DNA from: Pseudomonadota bacterium | GTDB lineage: Bacteria; Bdellovibrionota; Bdellovibrionia; Bdellovibrionales; Bdellovibrionaceae | Assembly: GCA_041178425.1 (NCBI GenBank) | Contig: JBEGVH010000040.1 | Location: 1-64,000, forward strand | Length of the DNA: 64,000 bases | Direction: 5' to 3' | Shown here: positions 29,794-39,430 of the stretch, piece by piece | Layout: each line of letters opens with the position of its first letter | Numbering within the stretch: position 1 is the first letter of the stretch | Translations under genes and position numbers: made by a program | The notes under the pieces: generated by a model | The model's database searches: none | What the model saw: only the letters and a program-made list of their open reading frames with translations | Told to the model about the DNA's origin: nothing

Positions 29794-31922
29794 GTTTGAC
29801 GATTGAACAAAAATTGAAGCACTACAGAATGTCGAAGGCCGAATATGATCGTGCCTGTGAATTGGTGGGTCACCCTCTTCGGGAAATTGAATGGCCATTG
29901 TTTTCCGCGCTCTGGAGTGAACACTGTAGTTATAAAAGTTCCAAGATCCATTTGAGAAAGTTCTATAATAAAAATGCTCGGGTGCTTGAGGCCGAGGGTG
30001 AAAACGCCGGTGTCGTTGATCTTGGCGAAGGGGAACGAGTGGCGTTCAAAATGGAAAGCCATAATCACCCAAGTTTTATTGAACCTTATCAAGGGGCAGC
30101 AACGGGAGTTGGTGGGATTCTTCGAGATATTTTCACGATGGGAGCTCGTCCGATTGCCTTGGCTGATTATCTTTGCTTTGGCGAACCAAAGGCGCCACGA
30201 ATGGAATATCTCGTTAATGGAGTGGTTCGTGGTATTGGTGGTTATGGTAACTGCGTTGGTGTTCCAACCGTCACTGGTCAAACGAACTTCCATTCGAGCT
30301 ACAACAATAATATTTTAGTGAATGCCATGGCTGTTGGGCTTTTTCGCCCAAATGACAAAGTGGCCTTATCAAAAGCAAAAGGGCCGGGGAATCTTGTCGT
30401 CTACGTTGGAGCCAAAACAGGCAAAGACGGTGTGCATGGGGCCAGCATGGCGTCAGAATCTTTTGATTCGGATTCTGAAAAGAAAAAGCCAAACGTTCAA
30501 ATCGGGGATCCGTACTTTGAAAAACTTCTCATCGAATCTTGTTTAGAAGTAATTCAAAAAGATCTAGTTGTGGCGATTCAGGATATGGGGGCTGCAGGGC
30601 TAACATCATCGAGCTTCGAAATGGCCTCTAAGGGTCAGGTCGGAATGGAAATGCATTTAGATAAAGTGCCTCTCCGTGATTCTTCGATTACTCCAGAAGA
30701 GATTTTATTGTCAGAGAGCCAAGAGCGAATGTTGATGGTTGTTGAGCCGGCTAAATTTGCCGCCATTCAAGATGTCTTTGCCCATTGGGGGCTTGATGCT
30801 GCAGTTGTCGGACACATTCTACCAGAGCGTATAGTTCGTTTGTTGTGGCAAGGTGAAGTTCTCATTGAGATTGATCCCGATATTCTTGTTGAACATCCGC
30901 CGAAATATGAACGTGCGTTTAATCCATGGAGCTGGAAGAATCGTAAAGCGGATCAACCTGTTGCCGATCAAAAAAACGAAACGCGTTGGGGAACACCAGA
31001 TCAAGCGTCACGCCGATTTATCACACGTCAGTACGATCAACGCGTGGGTCTGAAAACGGTTCAAGACTGTGAGTTTCCAGTGGCACTCATAAAATTGCCT
31101 GATTCCGGTCGTGGACTTGGAATTGCGGTGGGCTGTAGACCTGAGATTATGCGCATTGATGCAAAGCTTGGGGGGTACGACAGTATTGCTTATCCAGCTT
31201 TGCAGATGGCATGTCAGGGTATTCAGGCCTTGGCGATCACCGACTGTTTAAATTTCGGAAATCCGGAAAAGCCAGAAATCATGAGTGAGTTTGTTGCGAG
31301 CGTGGAGGCCATTAGTGAAATGGCGAAGGCGCTGGATGCTCCAGTGGTGAGCGGTAACGTTAGCTTCTACAATGAGACTCTCGGACAGAATATTACGTCA
31401 ACTCCAGCGACAGGTCTGGTTGGCCTTCGTTCGAATATCGAACACCTGAAAGCCTCGACCTTTCAAGCTGAGGGCGAACAAGTTTACCTCGTATCCCTCA
31501 ATCTTATCCACCTTCACCACGCATGGGGGACAGACCCGTCCCAACCAGCGCAATGGTCGGGGACATGGGATACAGCCAAAGTTGTTAAATTTATTGAACA
31601 AACACGTAAGCTTGCGGCTTTATCAAAAGTTTCGTCTCTGCGAGCAGTGAGTTCCCCAGGTGTTGCGACTTCACTTTTGAAAATGTCACTGGCAGGAATC
31701 GGTGTTGGACAAGAATCGATCCACGCGTCCGAAAAACAACCAAACGGGCTCTACCAAATTATCGTGTCGGGCACAGATTTGAGTGAGACGCTCCCAACAA
31801 TTTTTGTTGGCAGCTCCGTCAGCATCACTGAAATCGGTCAGACCCGCAAAGATAAGGCTTGTGAATCGCAAAAACTAACTTACGAAAAAGCATGGGGTAA
31901 GCATTTTGAAAACTTGGCGTGA
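29790..31922 (+). CDS. purL: FGAM synthase subunit PurL (small type)
   Basis: WSEHCSYKSS, KMESHNHPS, GAATGVGGI, QDMGAAG, LSESQERM, DCLNFGNP, SGNVSFYN. Confidence 0.96.
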   Translation: MSLTIEQKLKHYRMSKAEYDRACELVGHPLREIEWPLFSALWSEHCSYKSSKIHLRKFYNKNARVLEAEGENAGVVDLGEGERVAFKMESHNHPSFIEPYQGAATGVGGILRDIFTMGARPIALADYLCFGEPKAPRMEYLVNGVVRGIGGYGNCVGVPTVTGQTNFHSSYNNNILVNAMAVGLFRPNDKVALSKAKGPGNLVVYVGAKTGKDGVHGASMASESFDSDSEKKKPNVQIGDPYFEKLLIESCLEVIQKDLVVAIQDMGAAGLTSSSFEMASKGQVGMEMHLDKVPLRDSSITPEEILLSESQERMLMVVEPAKFAAIQDVFAHWGLDAAVVGHILPERIVRLLWQGEVLIEIDPDILVEHPPKYERAFNPWSWKNRKADQPVADQKNETRWGTPDQASRRFITRQYDQRVGLKTVQDCEFPVALIKLPDSGRGLGIAVGCRPEIMRIDAKLGGYDSIAYPALQMACQGIQALAITDCLNFGNPEKPEIMSEFVASVEAISEMAKALDAPVVSGNVSFYNETLGQNITSTPATGLVGLRSNIEHLKASTFQAEGEQVYLVSLNLIHLHHAWGTDPSQPAQWSGTWDTAKVVKFIEQTRKLAALSKVSSLRAVSSPGVATSLLKMSLAGIGVGQESIHASEKQPNGLYQIIVSGTDLSETLPTIFVGSSVSITEIGQTRKDKACESQKLTYEKAWGKHFENLA

Positions 31923-33300
31923 GGAATGTGCGGTCGTTGGAGTTTGGAATCATGGAGAAGCATCGCGATTAGCCTATTTGGGTCTCTTTGCGATGCAACA
32001 CCGTGGACAGGAGTCTGCTGGAGTCGTTTCTCTTAATGAAGGGCAACATATTCACCATAAAGGGCTCGGACTTGTGGGAGATGTTTTTTCTGAAGGCGAC
32101 CTCGTTCGCCTTCAAGGACGAGCTGCCATTGGGCATGTTCGGTATTCCACCACGGGTCAAAATCTTCTAACGAATGCACAGCCACTCACAGCTCAGCTTT
32201 ATAATGGGCCTGTTGCCGTTGCGCACAACGGAAACATTATCAATGCTCACGAGTTAAGAGCCGAACTACAAAAGGCTGGCAGTATCTTTCATGGCACGAA
32301 CGACACAGAGGCTTTACTTCATTTAATGGCTCGGCACCCGAGTGATCAATTAATCACTGCGGTTAAAGAGTCGGTAGAAAAAATGGAGGGAGCTTTCAGT
32401 TTTGTGGTGATGAACCATGACCGCTTAGTTGCTATTCGCGACCCGTATGGATTTCGCCCCTTAGTATTGGGTAAAAAGAAAAACGAAGCCGGGGAATGGG
32501 CTTACATTGTAGCCTCTGAAACCTGTGCTTTTGATTTACTTGGGGCACAATTAGTTCGCGAGATCGAGCCGGGTGAAATATTTTGGTTAGATAAAGACGG
32601 CGAACATAGTCTTTTGATGAATCGGACCGTTACTCGACAAGCGCGATGTATTTTTGAACATGTTTATTTTGCACGTCCTGATTCAGTTGTTTTTGGGCAC
32701 AGTGTTTATGAATCTAGAAAAAACTTTGGTCGTGTTCTCGCTAGAGAAAATCACGTTGATTGCGATATTGTCGTGCCGGTGCCAGACAGTGGTGTTCCTG
32801 CGGCGATAGGATACAGTGCTGAGAGCGGTGTTCCCTTTGAACTTGGGATTATTCGGAACCACTACGTGGGGCGTACATTCATTCAACCTCAGCAAAGCAT
32901 TCGAAGCTTTGGTGTTAAAATCAAACTAAATCCCCAGTCTGCCGTGCTTGCTGGTAAAAGGGTTGTTGTCATCGATGATTCGCTTGTGCGAGGAACTACC
33001 TCAAAAAAAATTATCGGTTTGATCAGAGCGGCGGGAGCCAAAGAGGTGCATATGCGCATTGCCGCTCCACCAACGATTAGTCCGTGTTTTTACGGTGTTG
33101 ATACGCCTGATCGCTCTCAATTAATTGCAGCCCAGCAGTCGATTGAAGATATTCGGCAGTTTATTGGTGCCGATAGCCTTTCTTATTTATCGATGGAAGG
33201 CCTTTTTGGAGCAATCAAGGCTTCGCCTCAAAAATTTTGTGCCGCTTGTTTTGATGGAAAATATCCAACACCACTTCATGGTATGGAATCAAATCTCTAA
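31906..33300 (+). CDS. purF: Amidophosphoribosyltransferase
   Basis: Propeptide then C(AVVG), QHRGQE, GHVRYST, CIFEHVYFARPDS, VIDDSLVRGTT, CAACFDG. Confidence 0.98.
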   Translation: MKTWREECAVVGVWNHGEASRLAYLGLFAMQHRGQESAGVVSLNEGQHIHHKGLGLVGDVFSEGDLVRLQGRAAIGHVRYSTTGQNLLTNAQPLTAQLYNGPVAVAHNGNIINAHELRAELQKAGSIFHGTNDTEALLHLMARHPSDQLITAVKESVEKMEGAFSFVVMNHDRLVAIRDPYGFRPLVLGKKKNEAGEWAYIVASETCAFDLLGAQLVREIEPGEIFWLDKDGEHSLLMNRTVTRQARCIFEHVYFARPDSVVFGHSVYESRKNFGRVLARENHVDCDIVVPVPDSGVPAAIGYSAESGVPFELGIIRNHYVGRTFIQPQQSIRSFGVKIKLNPQSAVLAGKRVVVIDDSLVRGTTSKKIIGLIRAAGAKEVHMRIAAPPTISPCFYGVDTPDRSQLIAAQQSIEDIRQFIGADSLSYLSMEGLFGAIKASPQKFCAACFDGKYPTPLHGMESNL

Positions 33301-33313
33301 AAATTGGAAAATT

Positions 33314-34600
33314 GGGGACAGACGCTTTAATGGCCCAGGCCTGAGGTTTAGAAAGCTCAGGCTTAGAATGTAAAAGCCGCAAATTCCCAGACCGAATTCC
33401 GATATTCGAGCCCATCGGACGCAGGATCGAAGCTATTCTGTTTAGAGTGTATCATGGAAATTGCAGAAAAATGGATATATGAGAATACCAAGATCCATTC
33501 AGTTATGGCCCACACAAGGAACAGTTCATCTTTTTTGGAGATGTCACAATCGTGAGTATCATCTTCGTTCAAAAGACATGAAGAATCTTTATTTTGAATC
33601 TATGGAGAGAGCTTTGAATTATCGCAAGAATGGAGAGAACTGTCTGGTGCACTCCTTTTGTGCCATGAATAATCATTTCCATCAGACGGTGAGCTACTTG
33701 AAGGGGTGGGAACGTTTATCTGCTACCTTTCAGTATGGTCATGGAATATTTGGTGCTAGATTCAATCGTAAAACCAGCAGGTGTGGTGCCGTATTTAGTG
33801 GACGACCCAAAACACCCCTGATTCAAAATCAAGCCCATGAACGACGAGTTCATTTTTATGTTGAATCGAACCCTATTCGGGCTGGAATCTGTAATTATGA
33901 AAATCTAATTAATTATTCCTATTCAAGTTTCGGATTTTATGCTCATGGAAAGAAAACACGTTACACATCGTTGCTCTCTATTCCCCAATGGTACTTGCAG
34001 CTGGCGAGAACTTGGAGAGCTCGACAACGTCGTTATAGAAAATTATTTGAGCTTTATCTTGGTCTTCAAGACAAAAAAGAATCGAGTTCGTTTTTTGATC
34101 TTTATATTGGTGATGATAGTTGGACCGAATATGAAAAAAAACGAGTTAAAAAGAGTATGGGGAATTCGGAGATTGTTATTAATATGATAAAGCTCGAGAG
34201 TTCTTAGTTGGCTGAGACTCAAAACTACTGATTGTTCGATTTGGTAGTTAGGTGACTCTTACTCCTGGAGAGGTTAATTGGAATTAATCCGCACTGGTTC
34301 GGCTTGTTGTAATTTAATCAGACCTAAAATTAAAAAAAAACAACTGCATTGTCTGATAAAGTGTTGTAAAAACAATACTTTGTTCGTTCGCCTTATAGAC
34401 TCATGCCAATGGATGTGCATTTTTATTTAATTGTGCACGGTTAAATTTTCTTAGGACCAGATTCAATTTAGCTGCGCTGTGTTAGATTGAGATCTAAAGA
34501 TTCAAAGCTTCGTCGATTATTATTCTTGTTGGGCTGTTTTTTTTGGGGCTATCGAAGGTTAATGTTACCTGTTCCGAAACCTCCTCCCGGGTCTGTCCCC
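33314..34600 (+). mobile_element. Putative RAYT locus bounded by inverted copies of the 12-mer motif
   Basis: GGGGACAGACGC at 33314 (11/12) and GGGTCTGTCCCC at 34589-34600 enclose the RAYT gene; subterminal hairpin 33337-33364; AT-rich relative to the flanks. Confidence 0.6.
33479..34207 (+). CDS. REP-associated tyrosine transposase (RAYT; HUH/Y1 transposase family)
   Basis: HLFWRCHNRE N-terminus, HSFCAMNNHFH (HUH), FNRK..RCGAVFSGR, YVESNPIRAG (catalytic Tyr), YSYSS. Confidence 0.9.
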   Translation: MRIPRSIQLWPTQGTVHLFWRCHNREYHLRSKDMKNLYFESMERALNYRKNGENCLVHSFCAMNNHFHQTVSYLKGWERLSATFQYGHGIFGARFNRKTSRCGAVFSGRPKTPLIQNQAHERRVHFYVESNPIRAGICNYENLINYSYSSFGFYAHGKKTRYTSLLSIPQWYLQLARTWRARQRRYRKLFELYLGLQDKKESSSFFDLYIGDDSWTEYEKKRVKKSMGNSEIVINMIKLESS

Positions 34601-34674
34601 AGGGATCGGCAAACAACGAAGTGCTGAAAGTATTATGATGAATTTATTTTTCTGATTTGGGAGTAAAAAAGTTT

Positions 34675-36165
34675 ATGCGATCTTCTCTTCCTGTTTTTTA
34701 TCAGATTTATATCCAAATTGTACTTGTCGTTAGTGCCTTGTTTTTTATTCATTTTCTTAAAGGCTTACAAGTATGCAAAAATGATAGAACAAAGCTTTCG
34801 TTGAACTATTTATTTCTTTGCTTGTGGGCTTTTTGTTACTCATTTTTATTTTGGTTTCGACTAAGCTTTTCCGGATTAATTGACTTGATTCACATGCGGC
34901 ACCTTTTATGGATTTTGAGCCTTATTACTAATACCTTTTACGTTGAAACACTGGCTGCCTATCTTGAAATTCAAAATTCAGTGGTCTCTACCATAAGGAA
35001 AGGATTGATTTTCTTTACGGGTTTATTTGTTTTTTTCGAGCTTCATTTTTTGGGGACAGGCCACTCTCTAATTTTTGTGGAGTCAGCAAGGTCGCAGGCA
35101 AATCTTTTTAACGTTTTGGTTGGGGTAAATACTTCTAGCCCAACTCCGCTCATGAAAGATCTAAGCTTTATTTTAAGTATTTTTGTTATTTTTCTGACTC
35201 TTTATTACCTTAAGTTGGCTTATGCCAGAAAACGCAAAGAGGTTCTTTTAACTTTAGGAATTGGAATTACATTTGCTGCGTCAATGAATGAGGTTTTGAA
35301 TTCAATGGAAGTTGTTGAAAGTATTGCTTTTTTATTCGCATCAAAAGCAGTGGAAGTTTTTAGGATCGGGGAGTTTTTAAGTCGTCAGCGAATAGCTGCC
35401 GTTCAGGCAATGAAAATAGAGATTCGATCGTTATCGAAAATGGCCGCTTATTCGTTTATAGCTGGAGGTTTGATGCATGATATTAGGACGCCCATATCTG
35501 TAATTTCAGCCCATTTGGAGAAATTAAGAAGACGCTTCAAGGAAATAAAATCCTCTCAAGATTCTGATTTAAATTCAAATTTGACAGCGGTGGTTGATAA
35601 CTTAGATTTATCCGTGGGCAAGATGAGTGATCAGATGGATCGTATTCAATCGATGTTATTCAGTTATCTAGATTTGGTCCGGACTACAAATAACCATACC
35701 AGGGTCTGTCCCCTCGGGGAGATAGTAGAACAGGCCTTGGAGTTATCGCAGCCTCGAGTTATTTCATCTGGTGTGTCACCGATAATTGTTGAGTTGATTC
35801 CCAATGTTTTGGTGAAAGGTGTCCCCGTTCAAATCGAGATGATTTTAGCCAATCTCTTTAATAATGCTATTGATACCATTAAAGAAAAACCATTGGGAAA
35901 TGTACGGTTAAGCTTCAAGCTTTATTCAACAAAGATTGCCCTGACCGTATCAAACACGGGCCCGATTGATGATGCAACTTTGCAAAAAATACTCAAAAAA
36001 CAGCCCGTTTCGACAAAGGGTGCAGATGGGAATGGAATAGGCCTGCGGATAGTCTCTGAGCTTTGCCGCGCTAACAATGGGGAACTAGCAATTTTTAATG
36101 ACGATGGGAGGGCAAATATTGAGGTAGCCTTTCCCATAGAGGGCAGAGTCGCCACCACGATATAG
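34675..36165 (+). CDS. Orphan membrane-bound sensor histidine kinase
   Basis: ~7 TM N-terminus; H-box GLMHDIRTPIS; N-box NLFNNAID; STKG..GNGIGL. Confidence 0.88.
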   Translation: MRSSLPVFYQIYIQIVLVVSALFFIHFLKGLQVCKNDRTKLSLNYLFLCLWAFCYSFLFWFRLSFSGLIDLIHMRHLLWILSLITNTFYVETLAAYLEIQNSVVSTIRKGLIFFTGLFVFFELHFLGTGHSLIFVESARSQANLFNVLVGVNTSSPTPLMKDLSFILSIFVIFLTLYYLKLAYARKRKEVLLTLGIGITFAASMNEVLNSMEVVESIAFLFASKAVEVFRIGEFLSRQRIAAVQAMKIEIRSLSKMAAYSFIAGGLMHDIRTPISVISAHLEKLRRRFKEIKSSQDSDLNSNLTAVVDNLDLSVGKMSDQMDRIQSMLFSYLDLVRTTNNHTRVCPLGEIVEQALELSQPRVISSGVSPIIVELIPNVLVKGVPVQIEMILANLFNNAIDTIKEKPLGNVRLSFKLYSTKIALTVSNTGPIDDATLQKILKKQPVSTKGADGNGIGLRIVSELCRANNGELAIFNDDGRANIEVAFPIEGRVATTI

Positions 36166-36179
36166 TTTAGGCGACCTCA

Positions 36180-37790
36180 TTAACGAATAACGGTTTTGAA
36201 AAAGTCGTTACCCTTATCATCGAGAATGATAAACGCAGGAAAATCTTTTACTTCAATTTTCCAGACGGCTTCCATTCCTAATTCTTTAAAATCAAGGACC
36301 TCAACCTTTGTTATACACTCTTTGCCAAGGCGTGCAGCAGGTCCACCAATAGAGCCAAGATAGAAACCCCCATGTTTTCGGCAGGCCTCGGTGACTTGGG
36401 GACTTCTGTTTCCTTTACCCAACATAATCATGGAAGCACCTAAGCTTTGGAAGGTTCCGACATACGGATCCATTCTCTCGCTTGTTGTTGGGCCAAATGA
36501 ACCTGAAGCATAGCCTTTCGGTGTTTTCGCTGGACCAGCATAGTACACCGCATACTTTTTGAAGTAATCAGGGAGGGTCTGTCCCCGGTCGACCATTTCT
36601 TTGAGCTTGGCGTGGGCGATGTCTCTGGCAACAATCATTGGGCCATTGAGCATGACTCTTGTCGCAACCGGCTGCTGCCCTAGGAGTTTAAGAGTTTCTT
36701 CAATTGGTTGGTTCAGATCAATCTGCAAAACCGGCTCATTCGAATTATTGAGATTCGCAGGAAGAAAACGGGCCGGGTGCTCCTCGAGTTGTTCTAAAAA
36801 AAGCCCCTCTTTAGTGATCTTTGCCTTTATATTGCGATCAGCGGAGCAGCTAACGCCTATTCCCACAGGACAGCTTGCGCCGTGACGGGGGAGCCGTATA
36901 ACCCGCACATCATGAACAAAATATTTACCTCCAAATTGAGCTCCGATTCCTAATTCGCGAGCCCAAATCTCAACTTGTTTTTCCATTTCGATGTCGCGAA
37001 ACGCTCGCCCACCTTCATTTCCAGTTGTTGGCAGGCCATCGAGATATCCGGCTGAAGCGTATTTAACAACTTTGAGATTTTCCTCTGCAGAAGTTCCTCC
37101 GACAACCAGGGCGAGATGATAGGGAGGGCAGGCGGCCGTTCCAAGTGACTTCATTGCCTCTTTGGCAAACTGCTCAAATCCTTGAGGGTTTAATACAGCC
37201 TTCGTTTTTTGATATAAATAGGATTTATTTGCACTCCCACCACCCTTCGCAACGAAAAGAAAATGGTATTCATCTCCAGGTTCTGCATAAAGGTCTATTT
37301 GAGCCGGAAGATTAGTTCCAGTATTCTTCTCTTCATAAAAGGTGAGCGGTGCCATCTGAGAAAAACGAAGATTCTGTTTTTGATAGGTATTGTAAACCCC
37401 TTCTGATAAATATTCTTTATCATCAGCACCGGTAAATACGAGCTCCCCTTTTTTGCCCATGATAATCGCCGTACCTGTGTCTTGACAGGAGGGGAACTCT
37501 CCTTCAGCGGCAATCACTGCGTTACGTAAGAGGTCAAGAGCAACGAAGCGATCGTTATCGGACGCCTCTGGATCTTTAAGAATATTGGCTAGTTTTTCTA
37601 AGTGGCTCGCGCGTAAAAGATGAGAGACATCTCGCATGGCTTCTTCGGACAAAACAGCGAGTGCCTTTGGTTCAATGACGAGAACTTCTTTTCCATTAAA
37701 TATTTCTGTTCTTACGTAGTCTTTAGAAATTTGTCGATACGAACAAGAGTCTTTAGCTTTCTCGTAAAGTGGAAAATACTTAAACGTCAT
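36180..37790 (-). CDS. fumA: Class I (Fe-S) fumarate hydratase
   Basis: [58 protein letters not shown]. Confidence 0.95.
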   Translation of the reverse strand: MTFKYFPLYEKAKDSCSYRQISKDYVRTEIFNGKEVLVIEPKALAVLSEEAMRDVSHLLRASHLEKLANILKDPEASDNDRFVALDLLRNAVIAAEGEFPSCQDTGTAIIMGKKGELVFTGADDKEYLSEGVYNTYQKQNLRFSQMAPLTFYEEKNTGTNLPAQIDLYAEPGDEYHFLFVAKGGGSANKSYLYQKTKAVLNPQGFEQFAKEAMKSLGTAACPPYHLALVVGGTSAEENLKVVKYASAGYLDGLPTTGNEGGRAFRDIEMEKQVEIWARELGIGAQFGGKYFVHDVRVIRLPRHGASCPVGIGVSCSADRNIKAKITKEGLFLEQLEEHPARFLPANLNNSNEPVLQIDLNQPIEETLKLLGQQPVATRVMLNGPMIVARDIAHAKLKEMVDRGQTLPDYFKKYAVYYAGPAKTPKGYASGSFGPTTSERMDPYVGTFQSLGASMIMLGKGNRSPQVTEACRKHGGFYLGSIGGPAARLGKECITKVEVLDFKELGMEAVWKIEVKDFPAFIILDDKGNDFFKTVIR

Positions 37791-37840
37791 GGCAATTACC
37801 TCCGAAAAACAGGATAGAGGATTACAGATAGTTTTGAGGC

Positions 37841-37856
37841 TGGCAAACCATTTGCA
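37841..37856 (+). promoter_or_regulatory. Candidate sigma54 -24/-12 promoter
   Basis: TGGCAAACCATTTGCA (GG-N10-GC) upstream of a secreted ORF. Confidence 0.6.
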
Positions 37857-37906
37857 CTGTATAACACTAGGTCAAATTACTCATTAGATGCCTCAAAAAG
37901 AGGGTT

Positions 37907-38659
37907 TTGAGAATTGGTTTTGGAGGACTTTTGAACAACTGTAAAACATTTTTGCACATAGTGTTCCTTCTTAACCTAACTATTCCCTTTTTGGGTTGGG
38001 CCGAACAAATTCGACCTAACTCAGGCAAAGGTTTGTGTAACAACACTGCAGGTGATGAAACCTCAATGGTTTATGTAAAGCCAAAGATGGTGAGCGGATT
38101 GAAAAAATTCGACTTAACACTGGTTCTGTTGAAGAAAAAACCGAAGCTACAGACGGATCGAAAATTCTATCATGGCTTTGACTGTTTCTCAGGAAATGCC
38201 GGAGCTCGTAAGGCCTACTTTTGCAAGGGCGAAGTCGAAGGGGGAGCACAGATCCTTCTCTCGGTGAGTCAGGCCGACGAGGGTTTTCAAGTCGTCTGGA
38301 AAACTCGAGAATCGGATTCCGAGGATTTTAGTTCCCTGGATTGGGGCTCGGGTTTTCAGTGTAATCTCGACGGAATCATCAAGGATTCGGTGGTTGCTCC
38401 CCAATCTAAGGTAGAAACTATCAATCGAGCGGTTGTCTCGCCTATCCCCCCCAAATTAGCTGGCAAAGAAGACCCGCCTAAAGAGACTGAAGTCAAAGTT
38501 ACAAAGAATAAAAAAGAAAAGACGCCCCCCGAGGTGGTCTATTGGGATCCCGAAGAGGATGCAAAAAAAACCATCGTCTCTCGTCAGCTTTCATCTCCAA
38601 AGAGTTCGTATTCATCGGATTCTCTCTCTGAGTCGGAAAGTTCATACGGTGCTCAATAG
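37907..38659 (+). CDS. Hypothetical secreted protein
   Basis: Signal-peptide-like N-terminus (probable TTG start near 37931 after GGAGG), Cys residues, low-complexity C-terminus. Confidence 0.6.
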   Translation: MRIGFGGLLNNCKTFLHIVFLLNLTIPFLGWAEQIRPNSGKGLCNNTAGDETSMVYVKPKMVSGLKKFDLTLVLLKKKPKLQTDRKFYHGFDCFSGNAGARKAYFCKGEVEGGAQILLSVSQADEGFQVVWKTRESDSEDFSSLDWGSGFQCNLDGIIKDSVVAPQSKVETINRAVVSPIPPKLAGKEDPPKETEVKVTKNKKEKTPPEVVYWDPEEDAKKTIVSRQLSSPKSSYSSDSLSESESSYGAQ

Positions 38660-38662
38660 TTT

Positions 38663-39331
38663 TTACCATGGTAGTTCTTCGCCATTCGCATGCCAGAAGG
38701 TTCCAGAATTTTCCAAGTTCAGTTGGTCTATGCGCTGGAGGATATTTGTCGCTGCCACACGCGGACTTATGTCGCCATTAAAGCCAACCATTCGAGTTTG
38801 AACAAATCCTGGGTGCAGAAGTCCAATGGCAATGTGCTTCTTTTTTAAATCGATCGCCAAACTTTTTCCGAAGGCATTCAATGCCGCCTTAGAAGCTCGA
38901 TAACCATAGTAGCCTCCGCTCGAATTGTCAGCGATAGAGCCCATTCTGCTGGTTATCATCGCGATTTTAGAATGGCTGGTCATTTTTGGAATGAGACTGA
39001 GGGTGAGTAACAAAGGTGCTAGAGCGTTAGTATCAAATTGTTGTCGGATGGAGTCAGGATTCATGCTCTCGATGGTGTCGTTTGCGAGGATGCCCGCATT
39101 GTTTATCAGAAGACTAATTGAGTTCATGTTGAGTAAGTCATGGAGATGATTCCAGCTTTTTGAGTTGTTGACATCCATTCCATCTACAACAGCGATTTTA
39201 AGCTCTTCAAGTTCAGCGCTTCTTTCGCGGCACGTGCCGATGACATTCAACCCTCTTTCTTTTAGTAGTTTGCATAGCTCAAGTCCGATACCTCTATTTG
39301 CTCCTGTGACGACGGCGTATTCCATTCTCAT
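38663..39331 (-). CDS. SDR oxidoreductase (CsgA/C-factor-like)
   Basis: VTGANRGIG, INNAGI, SRMGSI, YGYRASKAALN, HPGFVQT. Confidence 0.92.
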   Translation of the reverse strand: MRMEYAVVTGANRGIGLELCKLLKERGLNVIGTCRERSAELEELKIAVVDGMDVNNSKSWNHLHDLLNMNSISLLINNAGILANDTIESMNPDSIRQQFDTNALAPLLLTLSLIPKMTSHSKIAMITSRMGSIADNSSGGYYGYRASKAALNAFGKSLAIDLKKKHIAIGLLHPGFVQTRMVGFNGDISPRVAATNILQRIDQLNLENSGTFWHANGEELPW

Positions 39332-39430
39332 CCTCTATTAATGTTCTAGGTTCAGAAAGACACCCGATTCGATCTCGTGAAAACATGCATAGAAGCACTC
39401 CTCACTCTCTTCGATTGAAAAAGGTTTTTG

